A stretch of 63,607 nt of DNA, filler included, from Octopus bimaculoides (lineage: Eukaryota), in NCBI RefSeq assembly GCF_001194135.2. It is 10 parts of 10 records of this genome, joined end to end, with 100 filler letters (N's around TTAATTAATTAA, not from the genome) between each part and the next. Parts side by side here need not be neighbours in the genome. Positions count along the whole stretch, not along the records: positions 14,317 to 37,425 come from NC_068982.1; positions 37,526 to 39,134 come from NC_068994.1; positions 39,235 to 41,613 come from NC_069009.1; positions 41,714 to 50,979 come from NC_068981.1; 6 more parts are not named here. One strand, given 5' to 3'. Positions within the stretch are counted from its first letter, which is position 1; each line of letters begins with the position of its first letter. Below the pieces are notes generated by a model, which worked only from the letters and a program-made list of their open reading frames with translations, had not been told where the DNA came from and did no database searches. The position numbers and the translations under genes are program-made. Positions 36,188 to 49,164 of the stretch are shown in pieces.

Positions 36188-37921
36188 CCAGAATGCATCT
36201 GGGAGCCTGCTAGAGGGAAGCACTGGGCAGATATAGTGTTTTTACATCTTTTGTCATAAGAGAGGATTTTTCTTTACAGTAACTGCAGTGAATTTACCTT
36301 CAGAAGTCAAAATATGTCAAACATATTTTAACTATATTAAGGTTCACACACGCGCACACACAATTATATATATATTCGATCTACCAATCAGGTCCTACAG
36401 TCTTTAAAATGACACATTCATAGGATAGAATAAAAATCTATAGCCATAACATTGTTAATCATTTACAAATGAATATCAGTAGACATTCAAATAGCTCAAG
36501 TGTTTTACTCATCACTCAATATTGCTTTGTTGCACGTTTTGTGTTCAACACTCGATTTGGCTTTACCGCTCCCCTTGAACGCAGAAAGCAGATACATCCG
36601 CTAAAAATTTTATTACCATTAAGTATGGAAAGCAGTTTTGCCCCCCACGATTTTGAAAACAAAAACTTCTCTTTGTACTGCGAAAAGGGGAGAAACAACC
36701 CCAGTGATACTTTTTACAAAAGAAAATTTTTCAGATTTTTTTAACCCCGTACCCATTAAATATCTCTTTACAGAACATGACTCAAATACTTTTGATGGTG
36801 AATATGAAAACTGTACCAACAAGAGATAACGAAAACGTGCTGCAGAAGCAGAAAATATCAATGCGAATTTTTGGTAGATAGTTATCATCATTACGGAAAT
36901 GACTATAAAATTTAATTACGCAGCCAAAGGGTTGTTGTTGTTGTTCTCGTTTTGCAAAGGAATACGAAACGTGGACAAGAACAAAAATATTAACCAGTGA
37001 AAGTCGGTGAGTTTACAGCACGGCACCTGAAGAGGTAAGTCTATGCCGTGAAGCAGCGTCGTGGGGCACTGAACGAAATGACTCTGTTAAGCTGCTTGGC
37101 GGACTGATTTGATCCGGATCTCTAGGTAGATAGGCACCAGTGTGAGGTTATGAGCAGGGTGCCCAGTGGAGGAGTGGAAGCAATCCTTGAAATGTTAGAC
37201 AGCGGTGGCGAATGTGCATATCGTCCCCTTTATTTTTATTACCACCTAAGGTGGTGAGCTGGCAGAATCGTTGGCACGCCGGGCAAAATGCTTTGTAGTA
37301 TTTCGTCCGTCTTCACGTTCTGAGTTCAAATTCCGCCGAGGTCGACTTTACCTTTCATCCTTTCGCGGTCGATTAAATAAGTACCAGAGAAGTACTGGGG
37401 GTCGATGTGATCGACTTAATCCCTTNNNNNNNNNNNNNNNNNNNNNNNNNNNNNNNNNNNNNNNNNNNNTTAATTAATTAANNNNNNNNNNNNNNNNNNN
37501 NNNNNNNNNNNNNNNNNNNNNNNNNGACGAAGACGATGACAACGATGATGATGATGATGATTACGATGACGACGACGACGATGATGATTTGTTTCCTTGC
37601 CGCATAGAAGTGTCGCAAAGGGGACTTTACTTAGAGAAGTAACGATTTCTTTAGGGTCTTACATAAAATCGGGTGAGGAGGAGGGAAAAATAATAGATGC
37701 ATGAAAAATATGTGAACACACAGATGGTAGAGCCGGTCTATTATAGGCACAAACTTTGAGGAGGAGTCTCCCCAGAATTTCACCGGTACTTAACTTAACG
37801 ACCCCAAAATCGACCACAGCGGAATTTGAACTCAGAACGTAGCGACGGGCGAAATACCGCCAAGCATTTCGTCCAGCGTGCTAACGACTCTGCCAGCTCG
37901 CTGCCACCTAATAATGATAAT

Positions 37922-37962
<41 letters not shown>

Positions 37963-38539
37963 AATGGCGGCGATCTCGTCAGTGAGTCAGAGTCTTTAGA
38001 TATAAATGCAAGCTCTACGGAGAATGTAATTTGATAAAGAAATATTTCAGCTATTTGCACTGAATAATCTTTAGCATATGATACAAACCAATTCACTAAC
38101 AAACGTTCGGTTGTATAGCAATATATAATGTAGTCAAGATTTCTTTCATACATACTTAAAGTTTTTGATGTTGTAATGCTGTTGTTGCTGTTGTTGTTGT
38201 TCTGTTGCTATTGTCGCCGTTGTTATTGTTGTATTATGGCTGCTGTTGTTTCTGCTTTTGTTGTTGTTTTGTTTTTTTTTACTTGTCGTTATGGTTGCTT
38301 TTGCTGGTAATTCTAATGATTTCGTTGTTGTTGCTTCTGTCATTGTTTGCGTTGTTGTGGTTGTTTTTTTTTGTTGCATTCCTTGTTGTTATTATTGCTG
38401 CTGCTGCTGCTGTTGCTCTTATGTTTACTGTTATAGTTACTTTTGTTGTTGCTGTTCTTTTCAGTTGTTGTTATTAGAGTTTGCTTGTTTGTTCTTTGTT
38501 TTTTGTTTTTTTTCTTTTTGCTATTGTTGCTGGTGTTGA

Positions 38540-38740
38540 AGTTTGTTGGCAACAAGTCTCTTGAAATCGAAAGAATCTTTCTTAGAATTCTTGCAGAATA
38601 CAGGATGGTACTTTTCTTCAAGCCGAAACTGCAATTCTCGATTCCAGTAGCTCTCACCCTCCTGGGTAGCATTTTAGGTGCTGTGCCAAGTGCACCAATT
38701 ACCACTGGAATAATTGCCATCAACACCAGTACTCGACTGG
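38540..38740 (-). mobile_element. R4/Dong-type LINE 3' fragment
   Basis: IIPVVIGALGTAPK...LKKSTILYSARILRKIL, the typical RLE-clade C-terminus. Confidence 0.8.
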
Positions 38741-39052
38741 TACTTATTTTATCGACCTCGAAAGGGTGAAAGGCAAAGCCGACCTCGGCAGAATTTGAAC
38801 TCAGAACGTGGCGACGGGTGAAATACCGCTAAGCATTTCGCCCGGCGTGCTACTCTAGGCACAAGGCATTTCGTCTGTCAGCACGTTCTGAACTTTCTTA
38901 ATTAAATCCCACCGAGGGCGACTTTACCTTCCATGCTTTCAGGGTCGATAAAATAAGTACCAGTTACACACTGGGGTCGATGTAATCGTTTTAACCACTA
39001 TCCCGATCTTGCTGAACTTGTGCCAAAATTTCAAGCTATCATCATCACCATC

Positions 39053-39117
<65 letters not shown>

Positions 39118-39925
39118 CATTGCCGTTGTTCGTGNNNNNNNNNNNNNNNNNNNNNNNNNNNNNNNNNNNNNNNNNNNNTTAATTAATTAANNNNNNNNNN
39201 NNNNNNNNNNNNNNNNNNNNNNNNNNNNNNNNNNGTTTGTGTTTGTCCCCCTAGCATTGCTTGACAAACGATGCTGGTGTGTTTATGTCCCCGTAACTTA
39301 GCGTTTCGGCAAAAAGAGACCGATAGAATAAGTACTAGGCTTACAAAGAATAAGTCCCGGGGTCGATTAGCTCGACTAAAGGCGGTGCTCCAGCATGGCC
39401 ACAGTCAAATGACTGAAACAAGTAAAAGAGAGTAAAAAGTAAGTACTGGGAGGGCGGGGTCGATTAATTCGACTAAAGAAAAAAAGGAAAGTTTCTTCAA
39501 GGTGTTGCCCCAGCATGGTCGCAGTCTAACCCCTGAAACAAGTAAAAGATAGAAGATGGAAGCTAATGGATGTGTATATATCTAATACTCACGTAATGTC
39601 CACAACAAAGCCTCACATAGCAAAACCAGATACCATCTCTAAAGTTCCCACAACAAGCGTGTATCGTCCCTGACATTTCTCTACAATAACACGAACAGCA
39701 GCAGCAGCGCTCACAGTCGCCGCCGCCGTGTTTGATTTAGGTCAATGTGTTTGTGTGTGTGTGTGTGTGTGTATGCGAGAGAGAGAGAGAGAGAGAGAGA
39801 GCAAGTTATGTTGTTTGTTTGTCTTGTTGTTGTTTTTCGTTTTTGTTTTTTTTTGTTATCTGTGTCTTACATTCCCCGTTTCTGCTTTAATAAATTTGGG
39901 TGTGACTGATTGAGCATGCCTTTGC

Positions 39926-39972
<47 letters not shown>

Positions 39973-40090
39973 TAGGCTGTGTGTTTAAGTATATGCTTGT
40001 GTGAGTTTAAGTGTGTAAGTGTATATGAGCGTCTGTTTGTAATGTTCTATCTATATTTGTCTTTTCTACAGTAATTTTTTCTGCATTTTC

Positions 40091-40180
40091 GTGCAGCTGA
40101 AGATTACTCTTCATATTGCATTTAAAGTAATGCTCGCATTACTTAAATAAATTGAAGTAGCATGAAACGTGCGTACTGCA
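40091..40180 (+). ncRNA. Type I hammerhead ribozyme motif with long stem II
   Basis: TGCAG-core read as CTGAAGA (~40097)-stem II with CTTCA/TGAAG and inner AAGTAATGC/GCATTACTT-GAAAC(40164)-GTGC-GTA-CTGCA. Stem I is a perfect 5 bp. Core coordinates are +/-1. Confidence 0.6.
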
Positions 40181-40309
40181 ATCACCTTTGAAATCCGTGT
40201 TGCTTACTATTTGATTTTAATCACCTATCCTTTTGGGATGCGATATTCGGGTGCCTTCGCATAAGTACCATATTCAACCTTGAATCTATATCAATAAATA
40301 AATATATAG

Positions 40310-40634
40310 ATTAATAATTATATATATATATAATATATATATATATAAATAAATAAATAAATATAAATAATAATATTTAAATAAATATAAATAAATAAAT
40401 ATATATAAATATTATATATATATAAATAAATATATATATATAAATTAATATATATATAAATAAATATATATATATATAAATAAATATAAATATATAAATA
40501 AATATACATAAAAATATATATATGTGAATAAATATATATATATATATATAAATTAATAAATATATATAAATACATAAACATATATAAATAAATATACATA
40601 TAAATAATTATATATATAAATAAATGCATATAAC

Positions 40635-40673
<39 letters not shown>

Positions 40674-40683
40674 NNNNNNNNNN

Positions 40684-40719
<36 letters not shown>

Positions 40720-41613
40720 AGTAAATACAAATAAATATATATATAAATAAATATATATACATATATAAATATATATAAATAAATATGTATAAATTAATAT
40801 ATATAAATTAATATATATATAAATAAATATATATATATAAATAAATATAATGATTAATAATTCTATATAGATAAATAAATATATATATAGATAAAAAATA
40901 AATGTAAATAAAAATATATATATAAATAAATATATATATATAAATAAACATATATCAATAAATAAATATATATATAAATATATATATATATAAAAACATA
41001 TATATATAAATAAATATATAAATATTAATAAATATATATAAATAAATATATATATATAAATAAATATATATAGATAAATATATATATAAATAAATATATA
41101 TAAATCAATAAATATATAAATAAATATATATATAAATATATATATATACATATATATATATAAATAAATATATATATTCAAATATATATATAAATGAATA
41201 TATATATATATAAATATATCTATAAATGAATATGTATATAAATAAATATATACAAATAAATATATATATAAAAAAATATATACAAATGAATAAATATATA
41301 TAAATAAATATATATGTAAATAAATTTATATATAAATAATTATATATAAATAAATACATCTATATTTATATATATAAATAAATATATATATATAAACATA
41401 TATATATAAATAAATATATATACAAATATATATATATAGATAAATATATTTATAAATATATATATAACTAAATATATATACAAATAAATATATATATATA
41501 TATATAAACATATATATAAATAAATATATTTACAAATAAATATATATGAATAAATATATATATTAATAAATATATATAAATAACTATATATATATATAAA
41601 TAAATACATATAT
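40310..41613. repeat. ~1.3-kb almost pure A/T low-complexity array
   Basis: Degenerate ATAAATAAATATATAT-type units with very few G/C. Confidence 0.95.
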
Positions 41614-41723
41614 NNNNNNNNNNNNNNNNNNNNNNNNNNNNNNNNNNNNNNNNNNNNTTAATTAATTAANNNNNNNNNNNNNNNNNNNNNNNNNNNNNNN
41701 NNNNNNNNNNNNNTCCGAAACTT

Positions 41724-41971
41724 TTTTTTCAATCTTGCAAAAACACGAAGATTAAGAATAAACAGAAAAAGTACACAAATATATTTTACACACCTGTCGT
41801 ATACGTCGGTCTTGTTTTTTTCACTTTAAAGGTGGTTATGTTATTTTGTTGGGATTAATCCACCTTTAAAGTGAAAAAAACAAAACCGACGTATACGACA
41901 GGTGTGTAAAATATATTTGTGTACTTTTTCTGTTTATTCTTAATCTTCGTGTTTTTGCAAGATTGAAAAAA
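41724..41971. repeat. 112-bp-arm palindrome with 24-nt loop
   Basis: Arms at 41724-41835 and 41860-41971 with one mismatch; abuts a Penelope-like hammerhead cassette. Confidence 0.9.
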
Positions 41972-42013
41972 TCTAAGGCTGTGAAAGATTTTAGAACATT
42001 TATAAAAAGAAGG

Positions 42014-42059
42014 TCTTACAGCTGTTTCCGGGATATTTTATATATCCTTTCATCGGAGA
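42014..42059 (-). ncRNA. Degenerate hammerhead motif, sibling of 10329-10376
   Basis: TCT-CCGATGA-A-AGGATAT-ATAAA-ATATCCC-G-GAAAC-AGCT-GTA-AGA; U4 is changed to C. Confidence 0.6.
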
Positions 42060-42779
42060 TGGTGTGAGAAAATGGTTAAGCAATAAGATATGAAATAGAG
42101 AGTGAAGTGGAGGAATGAAAATAGACATGAGATATTGCATTTGTAGATCAATAAACCAAATTTTAAAATTTTCACTAAAATTTAAAATTTCCAAAGGTGG
42201 AGCCAAACAGAAAAGGGCATAACTACAGGGTTTTACCCCCCAAACTTTGGGAGGTCATAACTTTCAGAAAAATGAATATTTTTTTAATGAATCCGAATAT
42301 ACAAAAATTTCCGGTGAAAGTGTTTTGGAATGGGGGTGGGGGACAATTTTGGATCTACAAATCCGTACTTAGCTTTAAAAAAAATAAGTCTAGGAGTCAA
42401 TCTCTTCGAATAAAACCCTTCAATGCTCTAGCATGGCCACTGTCAAATGAATAAAGCAAGTAAAAGATATCATGCCACAATACTATGTAAGGCGTTTTCA
42501 TCAGTAGTCATGTATTGTCAATAAATAAATGCTTTTTTTAATTTTCCGTAATAAACTGATTAAGAGTCGATTTTTAAAAATTTTAACATTTATATAATGC
42601 CATCATTATATATTGTGTACAAGTCATGCATTGTCAGTTAAGTGATTTAAAATTTTGGTTAATCGTTTCCAGATCAAGTTGTAAACATTAACCAAAATTT
42701 TCTCGTTTTATTACTTTAGGTTAATGTTTAACCTTACCTGAATCATTTATAGTATTTAAAATAAGATATGACTTTTTTT

Positions 42780-43300
42780 CCTGGACATGTAGTATTTTAC
42801 GTGTAACTACTCAAAATCGCCTAAATACAACGTTACAGGTGACACAAGCTACATATTTACAATTCACCCACTTCTTAACGGTATACATTACTGTCTCAAA
42901 CACTCCTTGCTGACACATAACTTACAATTTCTACCGTTCCCTACAGATTTCAATTCCTAACATTTTTTCCCTCTCTATATTTATGTCACTGCGTCTGTGC
43001 TTGTATCCACCCATACGAGTTCTTGTTACTACCTGCTACTTTCACTTGGTCGGCCTCCACTCCCTTTCTCACATTTTCTTTGACCTCAATCTTGTTACAT
43101 ACTTTCTTTCTCTTTGTATCCCACCTTTCTCTCTCATTCTTAACTACCTTATCATTTTTCTTAAACACTACTCACACCACCTTTTATTAACATTCCCTTA
43201 CGTCACTCATGATCTTGCTACCAAAGCAAGAATGGTTCAATTATATTCTCTCTGTGATTTTTCTATGTACTAAAAGGAAATAAACTCTGTATATAAGTAA
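42780..43300 (+). mobile_element. Probable decayed Penelope-like 3' region
   Basis: C/T-rich tract preceded by a weak PK.N remnant reminiscent of a GIY-YIG C-terminus; stem-loop CTTGC/GCAAG after CTCATGA at 43206. Confidence 0.35.
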
Positions 43301-46300
43301 AAGACCTGTGTGTGAACAAATTTTCTTGGTATATATTAATTACACACACGTACTAATAATTATTCTCACATCTGTATTCTTTTTTTTCTTTTAAACAAAA
43401 CAAGTCCATGCTACAAAAAGAAATAAAAATGTAAGGATCCTTTTTAAGCTTTCGGTGATATAACCATTACATTTATACAATATTCACAAACTTGACCTGC
43501 TAGTAATAGCAGCCATATCTTTCTCAAACTATACATTCCTACATAAAATAATTAATGGACGTTCATATTAGGTAATGTAATCCTAAAAATTCTATATCTG
43601 TGAAGACTGGGTGATTATGGCTGAAACACCTTTGGTTGTAGGTCTGCTCCATCAGAGGACCTGGGACTAAAACAAGCTGGACCCCTTGTGTTCTTAAAAG
43701 AATTTAAACAACTGTATCAACAACATTATTCCAGCATACATTGATTTTAGAGGTTGCTTTGAATCATATCACAAATGCAGTTGTTCTCATTTCTATGTTT
43801 GATTTAAATTTGAGGCAGACCGAATGAAATCCTTATATCTTGCTGTAAGTGGTGACTTTCATCCAGTTTATTCATTTCATTTCAGAGAAATCTATTTGTA
43901 GTTTACTTTACAATCTGTAAGTTCAATAGTTAAATCTACTGATGGTGAACATGCACTTGAATTGCAATTTTTACGTTTTAAACAAAATGAAATGTTCAAG
44001 ATAGCACATAAAACAGAGAATTAAAAATTGAGTAATCTTGCTCTTTGTAAACTAAATAGCTTACATTTGGAAGCTAAATAGCTTACTCTTGACTTCTTTT
44101 CAATTGTCAGATTTCTCATGAATAAAAAACTAGCTGTATATTAGATTTGAAAAGTACTAACCATACATTAACGGTTTTAAAACTTCAATATTTAAAATTC
44201 TTTTTTTACTGGCTGGAACAGATTTGGTTGTACTGGCCATTACCATTTGGAGACTGTTACCATTATTTGACATGAAATTTCCTAGGTACATATAATAAAT
44301 ATTGCAATGTTTGTTCTTGATGTTAATAAATGTATATCATCAATGCTTTATATTACTTCTTTTTCCTTTTCTTACCTGAAGATCTATTTTATCTTTTAGA
44401 TTCTGTGTATATTTGATTTAATGATTTCTAATATAACACCAGAAAAGGTTTCCAAGTATTTCCATTTTCATACAGTATACCTGTTTTTACATGTGTACAC
44501 TCTAATTCTTTAACTAGATAAATTTCTATTTTCAGGATCAATTTTTGAATTTCTTTCATTTATAAGGGTTTAAAGTTTCAAATAACATTTATTCCAAAAC
44601 TTAGGAAAGCTATTTCCCCTTAATTTCTACCATAAATAGTTTCAAAAACAGTTGGAAGTTGAAGCTTGAACTCTTCAGAATAGTCATAAGTTGATTAACT
44701 AAAGAAAATTGGCACAAGCATAAGAAGCTTGCTTCCCAACCACATGGTTCCAGGTTCAGTCCTACTGCATGGCACCTTGGTCTTTTACTGTAGCCTCTTA
44801 TTGATAAAAGATAAAAATCAGGGGTCAAGGTTAATTTTGAAAAAATCCAAAATTTAGGTGACTTTTAATCCATAACAATGCATAAATACCACATCAACTC
44901 TAATTTTAAAGTAGACTTTGAAAAGTTGTAATAATACTCAAATTGAGTGGAAAAGTTTTTAAAAAAAATCGATAAAAGTTGATTCTTTTTCTTGATTTCT
45001 AAATCACTGTAGCTGGCTTATAACCATATCAAATTACATGTATTCTGAACATATACCTGGTGGTGAATCTAGAAATGTAGGATTCTGATTCTTTTCCTTG
45101 TTTCAGTCAATGACCATGCTGAGGTACTTCCTTGGAGAATTTTAGTTAAACAAATCAACCCCAGTACTTAATTTCTTTTTTATGCCTGGTACTTACTCTG
45201 TTAGTCTCTTTTTCTGAACTGCTAAGTTGCGGTGATGAAAACAAAGGACAGGCTTTTTTTTAGTTTCTGTCTATCAAATCCACTCAAAAGGCTTTGGTTG
45301 ACCTGAGGCATTAGTAGAAGACACTTGCCCAAGGTGTCATGCAATCGGACTAAACCTGGAATCATGTGGCTGGGAAGTAAACTTCTTACCACACAGCTGT
45401 GTTTGTGTCTATATTATTTAAATTTACCATAAAAATTGGTTTGTATTCTCTGAAAATGGCCCACATTCTAAATTTCTGCTATTTGGAATAAATCAAGGCC
45501 TTGGAAATCAATGTGTGACAATTGGCAAAAATTCCACACCTAATTGTCCTTGAAGATTGACGTCTTAATTCTACAATAACAGTTAAGCGGTTGGTGAATA
45601 GGACTTTAAACATCCAGAATAACTTTCTTGGTTCAGTGGGTAGAAATATAGAGAAGAGTTTATTGGGTACCTGGGACTCCTTGTTGCTTAAAAAATAATA
45701 ACTAAAATCCTAAACTGTTAACATAAGCCAAACAAGGAGGATTCCATGTTGTCACTAGACATACAAGGTGTAGCAAGTGGACAGTAAGTTAACATTTTTT
45801 GTTGACTGAATTATAATGATTCAGGCTGTCATGTAGATGATTGTCAGAAAAGGCTGGACTATGGGATTTGAGTTTGCTGATAAATGATTTGGGGACTGAA
45901 TATTTTCTTTATTCTTGAGATTGTAAAACTGAAATTTGCATGAATGGAAGTAAAACCTGTTTATGTGATTTTTAGGCTTAAACCAGATGCAAGAATGCCT
46001 GTATGGATATGGAGTTTTCTTACATTGTCTTAAGTTTTGTCTCACTGCAGAGTACCTCAGGCAAGAAATTTCTACCATAGCCTTGGGTTAACCAATGTCT
46101 TATGAATGAAGTTGGTAAAGAGAAACTATATAGAAGTCTTTGTCGTGTATGTGTGTGTTGTGAATGTTTACATTGTATGCTTTGCATGAAAGTGTTGAGC
46201 TATCAAAAAAAAAAAAAAACATCTCTAACATTTGTGGATACTCCCTATCAAAAACAGTTCTCTAATTTTGCACTTTCAAAGGTGAGAGGAATAAATGATA

Positions 46301-47378
46301 TCTAATTTGAATTATTGATAAGGGTTAGTGACAGGAAATGCATCTAGCTGCAAAACAATGTCTCGATAATGTGTATTCATCTAATCCATGCCAGTATGGA
46401 AAAAGAATTATGTAAGGATGAATGAATGAATGAACAAATGAACCATACCACAGAGATTCCAGTAGCTAATCTTTTTTTCATGATTATATTTTCAGTGTTA
46501 TAACATGTTCTACAAACTTTGAGTGGCCTCCATCTTTTAATTCCATTCTGAAATAATCATGGTAAACTCTGACAAAGTCTGCATATCGTGTCTTTTCTTT
46601 TTAGTGACTAAAACTCCATATATATAGCAAAATACATCTAGGCCAGTACTCCACAAATTCTTTCACTTGTGGTACACTTGTATCCTTTTCAAAATTCAGC
46701 TGCCTACCTCAACTAAAAATATAACTAAAAGTATAGGGAAAATAATTATATTCAAGTCACACTGCAGCACACATAGCATCATCTCATGGCACATCAGTTT
46801 GTCACAGCATACCAGTTGGGACGCAATGATCTAGGCTATTGCCACAGCTTCTAGGTGCTATTGTTAAAACTGTAAAGTTAATTATGACTTATGAAAATAC
46901 CTGAAAAGTAAAAATAAACATAAATTGTATTATTTGAAGTAAATATTTAATAAATATGGTGTTTGTATTCAGAAAATATATGCTAAAAATAGCTTTTGTT
47001 ACATGTCAAATGTAATGTTCAGTGAAGATTTAAAAAAAAAAAATTTGGATACTATTTCTAGTTGGTTAGATGACTGTATAAAGGTCCTTTCATTGAGTCA
47101 TAATATAATCCGTATTATTTCCCATGGCGCCTTCATATCAGTAGCATTGCTGAAGCATAATTCTAAGGATTAGATTTCCTTACCAGAGCCAGAAAATATT
47201 TATGTTCTGATTAATAGCCAGTTCTCTACAAAATTTAAACTTAGACTCATGTAAAAGCACTTATATATCTAGGGCACTGCTGCTGCTATTAACCCAAGCA
47301 TTTTAGATCATCACTTTATAAAAACAAGGTAATCTAACTTCACTGATGCTTTATCACAAATAACCTACAACTACTTTC

Positions 47379-47420
<42 letters not shown>

Positions 47421-48236
47421 NNNNNNNNNNNNNNNNNNNNNNNNNNNNNNNNNNNNNNNNNNNNNNNNNNNNNNNNNNNNNNNNNNNNNNNNNNNNNNNN
47501 NNNNNNNNNNNNNNNNNNNNNNNNNNNNNNNNNNNNNNNNNNNNNNNNNNNNNNNNNNNNNNNNNNNNNNNNNNNNNNNNNNNNNNNNNNNNNNNNNNNN
47601 NNNNNNNNNNNNNNNNNNNNNNNNNNNNNNNNNNNNNNNNNNNNNNNNNNNNNNNNNNNNNNNNNNNNNNNNNNNNNNNNNNNNNNNNNNNNNNNNNNNN
47701 NNNNNNNNNNNNNNNNNNNNNNNNNNNNNNNNNNNNNNNNNNNNNNNNNNNNNNNNNNNNNNNNNNNNNNNNNNNNNNNNNNNNNNNNNNNNNNNNNNNN
47801 NNNNNNNNNNNNNNNNNNNNNNNNNNNNNNNNNNNNNNNNNNNNNNNNNNNNNNNNNNNNNNNNNNNNNNNNNNNNNNNNNNNNNNNNNNNNNNNNNNNN
47901 NNNNNNNNNNNNNNNNNNNNNNNNNNNNNNNNNNNNNNNNNNNNNNNNNNNNNNNNNNNNNNNNNNNNNNNNNNNNNNNNNNNNNNNNNNNNNNNNNNNN
48001 NNNNNNNCATATCAGAAAATATATTGTTCAATATTATCTTATTTGGCTGCTATTTTGAGTAGACAAAATAATCATGCATTAAATGTATGAAAACAAACTT
48101 TTCTTTCAATGAGTGGTTCTCTCTTTCTCTCCCTCCCTCTCTCACTTTCTATTTATCTGGTGGTTGAATTAAGGCTTCACAAGACAACGCTTTGTGGATT
48201 ATTTTGAGGTGGTTGCTGTTAAGAGCAACCAATATA

Positions 48237-48775
48237 TTAGGTCATCCCATAAGTTCTGTCTGAATTTTGAATAAAGAAAACAAGTGATCAAATGTTATAT
48301 TTAATTGAAATTTAATCATCAATGTATTTTCCCTGATTATCTATGACTTCCTTCCATCTATTTACAGGCCTTTTTAATCCCATCAATGTAAAACTCTTTT
48401 GGTTTCAAAGCGAAGAACTCTGAAGTGTCAGTTTTGACCTCTCCTGGCTTGTGAAAGTTAGGTCCCACCAAATGATTCCGTAAACTATGAAACAAATGGT
48501 AGTCTGAAGGAGCAAGGTCGGGAGAATAAGGTGAATGAGGAATTTTTTCCCAACCAAGCTCTTTGATCTTCTGTGATGTGATCTTTGCAGTGTGGGGTCG
48601 CGCATTGTCCTGATGAAACATCACTCCTTTTCGATTCACTAAAGCAGGTTTTTTTTTCTTCAAAGCTTGGTTCAAACACTCAAATTGCTGACAGTAGACT
48701 TGAGCATTGATTGTTGCATTAGGTGGTAACAATTCAAAGTGAATTACTCCTTTGCAATCCCACCAGATAGAGAGA
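48237..48775 (-). mobile_element. Mariner (DD34D) transposon, 3' half with TIR
   Basis: IWWDCKGVIHFELLP...FHQDNARPH...HSPYSPDLAPSDYHLF; 34 residues between the last two Asp; TA-flanked terminus at 48237. Confidence 0.92.
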
Positions 48776-49164
48776 AGAATCTCACTTTTCCCTCTGAAAA
48801 TATTAACAATTTACAAAAATTTTTTTACCACAAATACTCTTTCCATAATTTTGAAATGTAAACCAAATTGGCCAAAATAGGTCCAAAATGGGATGATGAA
48901 GGAGAGGGTGTTAAATAAATGGATTTACAAAACTCTTTTCATACAAAGATGCACCCCCATTATTTTAAAGGCTAGGGTTTAAAAAAAAATTAGGAAAATC
49001 CCTGAAAAAATTTTTCCCACAAAGTTCTTTATAATTGTAATCTATGCTGTTTGAAAGGGATTTGTATAAATTTTCATTTAAAGATACCCATCTTCCTGAA
49101 AGTTACGAGGGAAAAAAGTCAGATCATGTGAATTTTCCAAAACTCCTCTCATAAATCCCTATAT

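Noticed and set aside
37022-37065. Possible hammerhead CAC-CTGAAGA-GGTA..TGCC-GT-GAAGC-AGC-GTC-GTG
   Set aside because: The GAAA is mutated and two extra bases break the junction; at best a dead relic.
43203-43240. CTCATGA-T-CTTGC/GCAAG hammerhead remnant
   Set aside because: G5 is mutated and the GAAA half is missing; too degenerate to call.
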